DNA from: Vermamoeba vermiformis
Taxonomy: Eukaryota
Direction: 5' to 3'
Assembly (NCBI GenBank): GCA_045837725.1
Contig: JBEWZL010000143.1
Coordinates: 1-52,946 of the forward strand
Length of the DNA stretch: 52,946 nucleotides
Part shown: in pieces, positions 11,943 through 23,921 of the stretch
Position numbering within the stretch: the first letter of the stretch is position 1
Layout of the letters: the number at the start of each line of letters is the position of its first letter
Made by a program: the position numbers and the translations under genes
Notes under the pieces: generated by a model
What the model was told of the DNA's origin: nothing
The model's input: the letters and a program-made list of their open reading frames with translations, nothing else
Databases searched by the model: none

Positions 11943-14521
11943 TTATTTTTCTTCTTTCTTTTTACAAATTAATTTGTGCGTGGGCCAATCTTTTTTCTGG
12001 CAATCAGCAGAACAATAATAAACGGATTTGCATCGCGAACATAACTTGACGTTCTGGATGCTCTTACAAACATTACAAAACTTCACTTTAGGCAAATGCA
12101 ATTCTGCCATAGTCTCGCCAGGCATAGGTATGTTAAACGGATCCATATTTCCAAATTTGGAATTCATTTCTTCGGTTTCTTTGTCCAACTCTTTCAGCAA
12201 CGCAGGTCCATTTGCTTTTACCCATTCAATAGCGCTTTCATTATAGCCCCAGTACCTCTTAAAGTTCTTCAGGTAATATTGGGCTTCTGATTTATCTCCT
12301 TGCGGCTTTTTTCCGGTCTCAAATCGGATCGAGTAAGTCATCGGTCCTTCAGTGAACCGTTCTTTGCCCGCTAAGAAGTCGTAAACGCTTGGATTTTGAT
12401 CCAAAGCACTTTTTAAGGCTCGAATTGATGCAGGATTATCAGGACCCTAAATTTTAATGGTTTAGTTCATTTTGCAGATCCTCGAACAAAATGATCATTT
12501 GGATCAATAAAAAAGTGCGATATGACGCTGAATAAACATTTGGATCGCTACATGCTACGTAGATTTACATTAATTTCAAATTCAATTATAAAGATATTAA
12601 TGGCTTCTGAATATTAAAGTTTTTGTTTCCACGAAAGAAACGTACCTTGCTTAAATAAGTCAATAAAGCGGCAGACCAGAACCAAGTAGCACTCCATTCA
12701 TCAGGGTACATATGTAGTAATTGCAAGGCTCTATCGTACTCCTTAATCTCGAACATCAGATCCAGCGCGAAATATCGTACGGCCATGTGATCATCTGGAT
12801 CAAACTTTAGCAATAGCATGGCCATATCTAATGCTTCTTTAGTAGATTCTACTTCTTCTAGCTTCCATAAGGCATTGGCGAGGCCGTACAACGTTGGATA
12901 ATATTTTGGACTGGATTTAGGCGTGGATGCGACTTGTTTTCTGTAATATTCTACAGCCAATCCAATACGGTTCTTTTCTTTAGGAACAGGTGGTACATAT
13001 CCAGGCATCATTCCTAACTTTCGATCTTTCATTGCGATGAGACCTTTCGCCGGATACGAAAACTGAATCCACTTGATGCTGTTCTTTGAGCTTGCAGGTG
13101 TTTCATATTTGACTGTTAATGGATCGTAGTGATATACATCTGAATGCTTCAGCTTGTTTCTGATTACGTCCTAAATCATGGTTATTTCCTAATTTGGAAA
13201 ATGTACCGGATCTGCTACTTACATTCAAATACTTGAAGCAGAGATCAATTATTTCAATAACAAATAAATCCGGATGAGGTCGTGCATATGAAGTGAAATT
13301 AGGATACGTATTATCGCCTGGAGCTAATGGCAAATTCAATCGTTTGAGCGCCTGTCGATCTGGCTTCGACATCTCGTCTATATCTTGGAAAAAGAAGCTA
13401 ACGCAATCGCCTATGACATATTGTGAATATATGCTAATTTTGGTAATATTATTGGTTTGTTTTACCTTCAAAAAATGCTTTTTCGGCTTCGCCTAACAAC
13501 AGCTGCTCAAGATCTTTGACGGTTCCCCAAAGAGCCAATCCATAATCATATCCTCCATTGCCCATAACTTGAACGACTTTTTTAACAATTTTTCCGTCTT
13601 TAGCAGGGACTTCTATATCAAAAACATGATGGCTTGGCAAAAGAAACCAAGGTTGGTGTTCAAAGTACGTCTTTGCCGTTGAAAACCACTCGATTAAAAA
13701 CTCGTCGGTCATGCCAGGCGTGGTTGATAATGAAGGTTGAATTGGCTCTCGATTCGGTAAATTCAAATAAGTATCGTTTATGACCTAGAGATCAAATCCG
13801 GTCAGTAAATAATATTTCATTTGCAAGTAGCCTATATATGATACAAATATGCAAATAAATATTTTTAGATGCTATATTAGTATTAAAACAGATCGGCGAG
13901 TGTATTTTTGGGTCATCCAGGATCCGATCGGAAACTAAATATTTTCGGGATGGCTTAATCTTACCTTCGCTGCTTTTTTCGATCGTGTGGTGGATATTTT
14001 AAATGGAATTCGTAGAATTTGTAGCACTTTGACAAGGACGTCTCGATCTGATTGGTCGATATTCGTCGAGACTATTGTCAGCTTCGCTGGACGATATTTG
14101 ACTTGCGAACAAGCATTGACTAAGCTCGTAAGAATGACTGAATAGTTCACTGGTTTGTGCGATGTTGGATTAATAAGCCCATCTGGCTCTTCCTTGCCTG
14201 TCTAAAACAAAATGTTTCGTGATCCCAGTCGAAAATGAAAGAAATATTAATATATTAATATATTCAATTTTAAAACATAATTTAACGTATGAGACATGCA
14301 TATATTCAAGGTTTCAATAATTTGAAATTTTTTTTTGCATTTTTCGGTGGATCGCAAGAAACCAAGCGTGTACTTACTGTATCAGTAACAATAGTATGAA
14401 TTATCCATCCATCCGTTAATTTTCCTTCCATATTATCAATTGTTATCTCCCACTCGTACGGCTTGGAAGGGAAAGCCATGACGTGCTTCATGATTGTGTT
14501 AACACTTTTCTCTCCGGACAT
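11943..14521 (-). CDS. Multi-exon protein with TPR-like segment and C-terminal MYND zinc finger
   Basis: CNVC...[29 protein letters not shown]-like LANALWKL...[14 protein letters not shown]. Exon ORFs in series on the - strand. Confidence 0.8.
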
Positions 14522-15024
14522 TGTGAAGGCTGATCACATATAGTGTTTAAATGTTGTACGGATAATAGACTGTTTGTAATTAAAGAAACAATCACGAGCA
14601 AAAAATAAGCTCGAGAGATTTTCGCGCACTTTTTATTAGTACCAACAGTCCCGACACACAAGTGAACTGTGCTTCTTCGCTATTAACTAATATAACTTGA
14701 TAAAGTGACCTTAATCAAGGTACGTGCCAATTTGCAACTGAGATGCGCACCTCGATCGACTTTCAGAGGCCATCTGGCTTGCGATAAACTCAAATTTAAT
14801 TAAAATTATTATGCACAAAATATTTTAAATTATCGGACCGATAAAGCCGAGATTTTGTTGGATGTTGCAAATCTTCACATCCTGCCAGTTTTAATCGAAA
14901 TATCTTTAAATGTTTTGCGTTCTTATTAGTGAGTAAGGATTGTATGGGGTTATGCCCATACGTGCAATCTTTTTATTTAAATTGACCTGTCAAAACAACA
15001 TTCACATTATTTTTGAGAACCAAC

Positions 15025-17088
15025 ATGGCACAGGCACAATATAACCGTAAAACGGCCAATTTATTATTATATTCGATTGTTGTTATCATCATTTTGGCTT
15101 ACATCGTTGAAGCCAAACGAATTTACATCGAGCCACATCCTTCGAGTTCAAAAAGATCCGCGGATATTGCGAGCAGAGTTGGCAAAATCAAGCGAGAATT
15201 TCCTGAACTTGGTGGCTACGTAGTGGAGGTAAGAAATCAGCCATGTCTTTGTTTGCTATCCAAGTGTCAATGAATGGAAATTATGAACTATAATTGTCGG
15301 CATTGGATCCAATAATATATTACATTGGACTAATTGTTATTAATATACATAAGGTACCAGATAACTACTCAGTGGAGATACTGCGTCAAGATTCTAGCTT
15401 CGCTTTCGTAGATGAAATTCCGAGAGGTGCGTACACGAACTAATCAAGTCCTTATCAGTGTATTGATTCAAAATTATATAGCTTACGTCGGAGTGACGCC
15501 CGATGATACGTATTTCTCGGATATGTGGCACATGACCAAACTACAAATGATACAAGTTTGGGATCTGATTCCGTGGTCCCAAACAAAGACGGCTAATATA
15601 GTAAGTTTATAATAGTTCGTTAATATGGTGGTGCTTATGTTTAATAACTTATTTCATAGTCCGTTGGTATTTGCGACACCGGATTTGACTTCACGCACGA
15701 GGATGTTGACGGGACAAGAGTAATTTGGCAATGGGACTACTACGAGGACGATAATAACGTGCAAGATGATAGCTCCACTGGTCATGGTATTGCTATAGTT
15801 CTAAGCTTGAGGTCTTTTTTCTAACGTACAAAAAACGTCATTAGGTGTACACGTGAGCGGTATCATTGCGGCAGTTACAAACAACAATCTAGGTAAGTTT
15901 GAGCTACAGATGTAGTGCTAATTCGTAGTGCTCTAAGCCTCCTTATAGGTGTATCAGGCCTATCTTATGGAGTTAACTTGATGATCGGCAAATTATGGGG
16001 CAACAACTCGACTGACGGAGGTAGTTATGACCTGTTGATGTCTTGCATGACCGATTTAGCGAGTGCTGGTGCTCGCATCATCAATCTGAGCCTAGGTGTA
16101 AGTATTTACATAGGTCTTATTATTGAAATGCATCATGCTTACAGTTTTTAGGGAACGACGGCTTGGCAACCTTTGGAACAATTGATTAATAACTTGTACA
16201 ACAAAGGTAAGCGTAAAAGTATTCCGAATTTATATTACTGGCGTATACTTATGGATATTTAGGTGTTTTAATTAACTCGTGTGCTGGCAATAGTTATCTG
16301 GATGGCAATCCAACTATTTATCCAGCTGCGTATACGAATACATTTGCCGTTACAAACATTGATGCGAACGACAGTAGATACGAAGCATCTAATACTGGTA
16401 GTTATATCGATATTGCTGCGCCAGGTACGGGTTTAAATTAATTTCGTATAAATTACTTAACTCGGGTTGGACAAGGATCAAATATCCTGAGTACCGTGCG
16501 TGGCGGCTATGCATATTGGTATGGATGCTCAATGGCCACACCAGTCGTTAGTGGCCTATCTGCGCTCATGCTCAGCGTCAAGCCGGATTTAACAGCTCAA
16601 GAATTGATGGATCTGTTCTCTAGCACCGCTGTTGATCTTGGAGACGTTGGAAAGGTAATAACAATGATTAATTATTTGCCAATTTGAAGCAAATATCTGA
16701 CCAAGAGTTCAGGATACGACTTTTGGGTACGGTCGCATTGATCCGTTAGCAGCAGCGCAAAGTAAGTAGCTTTTGGCTTGCAAACATAACTAATGACATA
16801 AACAGAGCTTTTGAACGTTACTGAAATTGCAGCTTCGAGTCCTAGTGGTTCTACTCCAAGTAAGCTTCGTGGATTATAATCCATCGAAAATTGATCTGAC
16901 TTCCTAATTTAGCCACAACTGTAGCATCACCTGCTGCATCTCCTGTAACACCAAAGACAATCGTTAGTCCTACTACACGAACAACCTCTCCTGTGAAAGC
17001 AACCAACACGGTTTCAACTGCTCCGAAACTGATCCCATTCATTGGATTTGCAAGCGCTATCGTAACTTGGGCCTCTCTGTTCTGGTAA
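15025..17088 (+). CDS. Secreted subtilisin-like S8 protease, Ser/Thr/Pro stalk and probable GPI signal (many exons)
   Basis: Signal peptide, I9-like prodomain, ICDTG, GHGVHVSG, CAGN, DIAAPG, GCSMATP, FGYGRID. Ends ...PKLIPFIGFASAIVTWASLFW*. Confidence 0.88.
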
Positions 17089-17250
17089 CCATAAATCGAC
17101 ATTTATTTCATTTGATTATTTTATTGAGCGATCACCTGCGTTACTTAGAAAGTAATCCACACAGTTTTTATACCCGATCCAAATTTGGAAATATTTCTGC
17201 TACAAAAGACTGCGAAAAAGAAATATTTGTTGTACTATTCGGCCGAGAAC

Positions 17251-19354
17251 ATGGCCACAAATCATAGGATTTTTTTTGCATTAATTGTGGCTCTGTTGCT
17301 CGTTGCCGAAGCAAAAAGAATTTATGTCAAGCCGCATCCATCTACTGGATCTAAGCGGTCGACAGAACTTCTCAGCCAAATTGGAAGAATACACAGGTCA
17401 TTTCCAGAAGTAAACGGCTTCGTATTAGAGGTAAAACCAACTCTGATCGCAAAAAAGATTTTGGATCAAACGAATTCTTTTTTTATGCATTTTAATCAAG
17501 TTATTAATAACATCAATAATTAGGTACCCGATAATATGCCTATTGAAAATATTAGAAAGCACGCTGAATTAATTTTTGTGGATGAGATCCCAAATGGTAC
17601 GAGATAAATTAATTACTTCAATATTAATTCCGACTTTAGTTATGACTGGTAGAGTAATGGATGTTCCCAATGATCCTAAATTGCCAGATATGTGGCACCT
17701 TGCTAAGTTGCGGATGGCAGAAGTTTGGGATCTAATTCCCTGGGACTTAACTAGCCTAGAAAATATCGTAAGTATAATAAATTAGCAATTAAAGTTCTAA
17801 AACTTGCAGACGGTTGCTATTTGCGACACGGGATTTGATTTTACGCATCCGGATCTGGATTCATCGCGAGTAGTTTGGCAATGGGACTACGCTGAGAACG
17901 ATGCAAATACGCAAGATGATAGTACGAATGGACATGGTACGTGATATATATACTTAAAATGAAAGATACATAGCTAATTAAACGATTTAGGAGTTCATGT
18001 TGCTGGCACGATCTCAGCCATTACGAACAATTCCATTGGTAAGTTCAAAAGCACTAAATTCCAAATATATATTAATTAAATGCTTATTTAGGCGTTGCTG
18101 GAGTATCCTACGGAGTTTCATTAATGATTGGCAAAATGTGGGATAGCAACGGAGGCGGTGGTTACGAGAAGTTGATGGCCTGTATGCTCGACTCTGCAAA
18201 TAACGGCGCTCGCATTATATCATTAAGCGTGGGGGTAAGTACCGGTACTAAAAAATGAGAGTATTATTATATGCATACTAAGTGAGATCCATAGGGCACA
18301 ATGGACTGGGATCCGTTGAGAGAAACAATGGAGTACTTGTACGAGAAAGGTAACGATATTAATTTGCACGTGACTGCCATTCAATTTGTTCCATTTTTAC
18401 TAATTTGGAATGCTATTTTAGGAGTTTTTGTTTCGGCTTGTGCCGGAAACGATCACGAGCAAGGAAACAATCCTTGGTATCCAGCTGCATATAACACCAC
18501 TTTTGCTGTCACAAACATCGATCAAAACGATGCGCGATTTTATGCCTCGAATACCGGAGACTATATTGACATCGCTGCTCCAGGTAAGAATTGGATCTAA
18601 AATTTCAATCTTTGTGCCAGGCATCCATATTTTGTAGATAACCCCGTTATTTAATAACATTTATACCATATGAATATAGCGATTTATTGTTAATAAGACC
18701 AAGCATCAATACTCCGCATATTTGCAAATTCTAATCAGCGTTATTTCAGGATCTAGTATCTGGAGTACGGTGAGAAACAGTGACTACGACGCGTGGTACG
18801 GCTGTTCAATGGCTACACCTGTCGTGAGTGGTTTAGCGGCCTTGATGTTGAGTGTCAAACCCGAATTGAAACCACGCGAGATAATGGATCTGTTCGCGAG
18901 CACTGCTGTTGATCTTGGCGAGCCTGGCAAGGTAAATTGATAATACATCTTTAATATATGAATATAGAGACTAATAAGGGCGGCTTAGGATTCGACATTT
19001 GGTTACGGACGAATTGATCCGTTAGCTGCAGCGAGAAGTAAGTCAGACTCCACTATAATTACTCACAATATGAGACATTGCAAAAATTCTAACAGTATAT
19101 TTACTATGATAGAATTGTTGAATATCGTTAATATTCCTACTGGTAAGTGCAAGTCGTTCCGATCGACGAAAGTGGATCTAACACGTTGCTAATTCCGTTA
19201 CTAATTAGACTTGGGTTTTGTGGTGCCTACTAGTAATAATAATATGATAGCTCCTGTTACGCCCAACGATTCAAACTTGCATTCGGGTGGCGTGAAGTTG
19301 TCGCTGCGTTACCTCAGTGCAGTTGCGTTGATTCCTGTATTATATTTAATGTGA
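17251..19354 (+). CDS. Secreted subtilisin-like S8 protease paralog, probable GPI signal
   Basis: Same exon layout as 15025-17088. ICDTG, GHGVHVAG, GCSMATP. Ends ...SGGVKLSLRYLSAVALIPVLYLM*. Confidence 0.88.
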
Positions 19355-20243
19355 GGTAACAACTAAATTGTAAATAATTGCGGATTTTCAACGACGTAGA
19401 GTGTATAATTAAACCCGAAATCAACACTGACAACAGAACGCATCCGATCCAATCTAACGGAGAGAAAATAAGCGATGACTGAAAAACATTTAAATGTCGC
19501 CAAGTCAAAGCTCACGCTTCGAAATCCTATCGACAGTCATATCACGTGCATCAACGAGTTTAATGCTTTTGCAGTTGCCTGCGCTCTGGTACGTTCGCTG
19601 TCGCATTTACCTTTCGAAACTTTTTGACATTTTGACACTTAAGAAAGAACACGAGCCAAGAACAATCAGCTTCATCGATAGACGAGATTTATTGATCTAC
19701 CTCTCTGTTTCGGTTGCAACCACTCCAAATTTTAAACTATGCAGCATATTTTAAGTTGCGAAATTGGTCGGAATAGTGCACTTTGTGGCTACTTTGCTCC
19801 ATGTGTCGGTCGTCATTTCCCAGATGTTCAACGCCAAAAAGATTCCAGTTTTGAGGTGGTTTTGCCTCACGGTCACTTGTGAATTTCATTCCTATTTTTC
19901 TTTTGTTTTGAGTTGTCGAAGTGCAAGAAGCTCTGTACCTTTGTGACTCTCTTTCGCGCCAATAAGATCGCAATTTTTGAAAATTAATAAATCATAACCG
20001 GAATCCTTCCAGGATTTTGATTCGTCCATCGAAACGCAAGACCACACCAGGAGTAGTAATAATAATAACCTACCTGGTATTTAGTCAAAAATTATCTATG
20101 ATTATGAAACAAGTAAGTGCCACATTAGAGCAACCGGATAACATCCGAAATAAGATTTTTTCTATAACCGATTCTCTTGGCTTATTACTTTTTAAGCAGT
20201 AATAAAACTTATCAATTGATTATTTTTGCAACAGGACCGATAA

Positions 20244-23200
20244 ATGGCACATCCAATAATCCTAACGCTCTTGGCATTTACTCTGTGCCTTACAATTACC
20301 CGTAGCACTCTTGTGATTAAAAAAGAGCGCTTCTCTGCACCACGTGACGCAGTAGGAGCGATCCGAGTTGCAGATCAATTTTATTTTGCTGGTGGCTTCG
20401 AGTTCAACGATTATATTCCCACAAATATCGTCGAAATATACAATCTAACATCAGGCGAATGGGAAGAGCCGATTTTCTTGGAAGAGCCTCGCGGACTCAT
20501 CTCCACAGCTGTCATCGGTCAAAATATTTATTTTGTTGGCGGAACTCAATTCCCAAATTCATGTGCAATGCTTTACAACTCGTCTTTACATCAATACGAA
20601 GACATTGGATGTGGACCAACAGTTCGGACGCCAATTCAAGTCTCGAATCACAACTCAACAGTGACAGTTCTCGGAGCGTTCTCCGCTGACTTCTTCAACT
20701 CTTCGAAGCAATGGGACTACATACCAACTCTAACATCATGGATGCAAGGAATCAGTGGAGGCATTAAGCTCGTTTATGAAAACTTGATCGTTGGCATTGG
20801 CGGTGTCAACACAACTACACTTCAGCCACTGTACGCTGCTTGGATCTACGACACGTATACACACAACTTGACAGTATTCAACAGCGTCACCACGGCAAGC
20901 AGTTTCAGTTCGACTTTTGGCTTCACTGTAGCGCATGGTAGACTTGTCGCGTACTCGTCTGACAGGTACTTTGTGCATCAGTTTGGCACGGATGAATGGC
21001 ACGAAGTTCTCCTCGACAGTCCAACGCAGGCAGTAGTACTCAGTGACGTGGCATTCGTGTTCAATATAACCGGATACAGCATTTTTGATTGGAGCACCAA
21101 CGTCGCCAACTGGACGGCAAGAATAACTCAGAGAGCACTGTTCTGGGACAATCAAATAGTGATTGTCCATGATATATATGTGCTTGATATCTACGAAGCT
21201 GGCTCTTGGAGTTCAATCGTCGTAACTGCAGAGATTATTAAGGCGTATCGTTGGTTCGACAAGTACATCTTTTACAATCCAGCAGACGATCTGCGTGTCT
21301 ACGACTCGAAGTCAAGATCAATCTCAACAATACCAAACACAATATCTGTGACTTGGGATTCAATCGTATCAATAGATCCAAGCACATTAGTTCTATTCGC
21401 CAACGGCAACGCGCAGATTTACAACGCGGAAACTCAGCAAATGTCAGAAGCAATTCTTGTCAATTTCATCGGCGATTTTGCGATTGGAACAGATGTCATC
21501 AGTTTGGGTAGCAGAGTATTGTGGTTCAACTTCACTCAAGTGGTTAACCTGCCTTTTTCATCGGTGAGCGTAGTTTCAGAAGATGGTTCAGCTATTGTTC
21601 AACTCAAAACTTCCTTGCGCTACCAAAAGATCAATGTATACAATTACGTGACAAAAACGTGGCTGCCAAGCATAGAAGTACCGTTCAATAATGTTCGGAC
21701 AGCTTTCTCTCCAGTGATGGTCATTGATGACGTGCTCATTGCATTGCTGGGAAAGTACACGTATCGATACAACACCACAAGCGGAGAATTGCTCCAAGTT
21801 CCTGACGGCCCAATGCCCACCTACTTCACCGATAATACAGTGCCCGTGGTTGATGGTGTGGGCTATGTACCGGCCCTCGTAGTTTCCTTAATCTATCGAG
21901 TCAATTCAACTTCTGTCGAACGTGTTCCACAACCAGGCGAAGATTCAACATGGCAGTTTGTGACTAAAGATAATGTCATGCATATTTCAACGATTAGATC
22001 GCAATTCATGAAGATTTACACGTACGACATCAATGCTGGAACCATGGACACTTATGCGTTACCAAAGCCTCAAGACAAGTTATCAATTGCAATCGTTGAC
22101 AGTACTCTGGTGGCATTGGGCAGCGACGGACTGGCATACGCGGTGAATCTGAACGACAAATCAATCTGGTACACAGTGCCGTTCCAATATGGCTTCGTTT
22201 CAACAATATCAACAGGATTGCACGATAGGACAGTCATGGTGGCAGGAGGAAAGCACTATCAACTTGGACATTACACAGACGAGATATTGTTCCTCAACGC
22301 ATCCGTTATCCTCGAGTCTGATGTCATCGTTGATCTCACACCTCATGCGTCGAACAATGACACAACTCCGAACAACAGCCAAGCACTGACTGACGGAGAG
22401 CTCGCAGCAGCAATTGTAGTGCCTGTAGTCGTTATCATTGGAGGTGTCATAGCGCTCATAGTTCTATTGGTCAAGAGAAGGCGCAGCAACAAGAAGAAAG
22501 GCTCATCAAGCACTGTTGGATTGGAGGCACGATATGGAGCATGGTTCACTCCGTTCGATCAAATCACTTTCAGAGAGCAGCTCGGTCAAGGAGCATCAGG
22601 TCAAGTATTCAAAGGCACTTGGAAGAACACAACAGTTGCACTCAAAGTGAGCATGACTCAAGCAAACACGAGTGTCATCGCTGAACTCGAACTCATGATG
22701 CAACTCAGACCTCATCCGAATGTTGTTCAGCTGCTTGGCTTTAGTGTGCATCCAGAGACAGACAGCATCATTTTGATCATCGAGTTCTGTGAAGGTGGAT
22801 CGCTCGATGCCAAGTTGTACGACAACCAAGATGACATATCACTTCAAACACAAGTTCAATGGCTCACAGGCATCGCCAAAGGACTCAGTCACTTACATTC
22901 GAACAACATCGTGCACAGAGATGTTGCTGCAAGGAACATCTTGCTTGATAGAAACGAACCAAAACTGACTGACTTTGGCATGTCGCGACTCGTTGATGAT
23001 CAGAAACAACATGGAACAACGAAGTCAGAACTTGGACCAATCAGATGGATGTCACCGGAGTCGTTGAAGAACAAAGAGTACTCCACAAAGTCTGGTAATT
23101 TGACACTTTGACATGTAGCGATGGCGCATCATAACTGAATACGTTTTAACAGATATTTGGTCATTTGGTATTCTGATGTACGAAGTGATTGCACGACAAG

Positions 23201-23394
23201 AGCCTCACAACGAAGCAGATCCAATCGAGATTGGACGCCTGATCAGAGACTCAGGTTTGACACCTGTCATTCCATCGTCGTGTCATCCTCAACTCGCTGA
23301 TGTCATGAAACAATGCTGGCAGATGTCACCGCAATCAAGACCAAAGATTGAATCAATCATTGAGTGTTTGGAATCACTACAAGCTACAATTTAA
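20244..23394 (+). CDS. Intact kelch/beta-propeller-ectodomain receptor tyrosine kinase
   Basis: 955-codon first ORF with signal peptide, kelch-like repeats, TM, HRDVAARN, PIRWMSPE. Intron 23095-23152, terminal exon 23153-23394. Confidence 0.93.
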
Positions 23395-23921
23395 CTGTAC
23401 ATACAAGCAAGAAAAAAATTATAACAGTGTGTCGTTGTGAGCGAATATTTATTCTACGGTACCATCGACTGGCCATTTTCGTAGTTCAACCAAGGTCAGC
23501 TTATTTGTACAATACTACGCTTCAATCAAATACATTATATACAATAGGCTTAAGTGAGGTTAGAAGATCAAGGCAAAGAGTGTCATGGTGAGGCACGATA
23601 GACCAAGAGAAGCGAGTGCTGTCGTTACTGTAGTACTTGAACTTCCATTTCAAGCTGCGCTCGCAGTCGGAGCCAGTGTCCGAGACACGAGTGTACACTT
23701 CGCTGGTGCCCTTGTCGTCCAGTGTGAACACCGCGTACGTGGAGTTGGCAGATCCGAGAGCGAGAAGATAGCCACCACGGGACGAGTTAACATAGTAATC
23801 GATCCAACAGAAGGCGTTGTAGTAGCAGTAGCTTTGGAATTCAAGTTCAGTTGAAATTTCTTTGTTTCTGATAATTTTTTGATTTTATGTAGGCGTCCCA
23901 ATTCAAACAGATCTACAAAAT

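Noticed and set aside
19475-19946. Possible small spliced gene (MTEKHLNVAK...)
   Set aside because: In-frame stops and no recognisable domain; cannot support a call.
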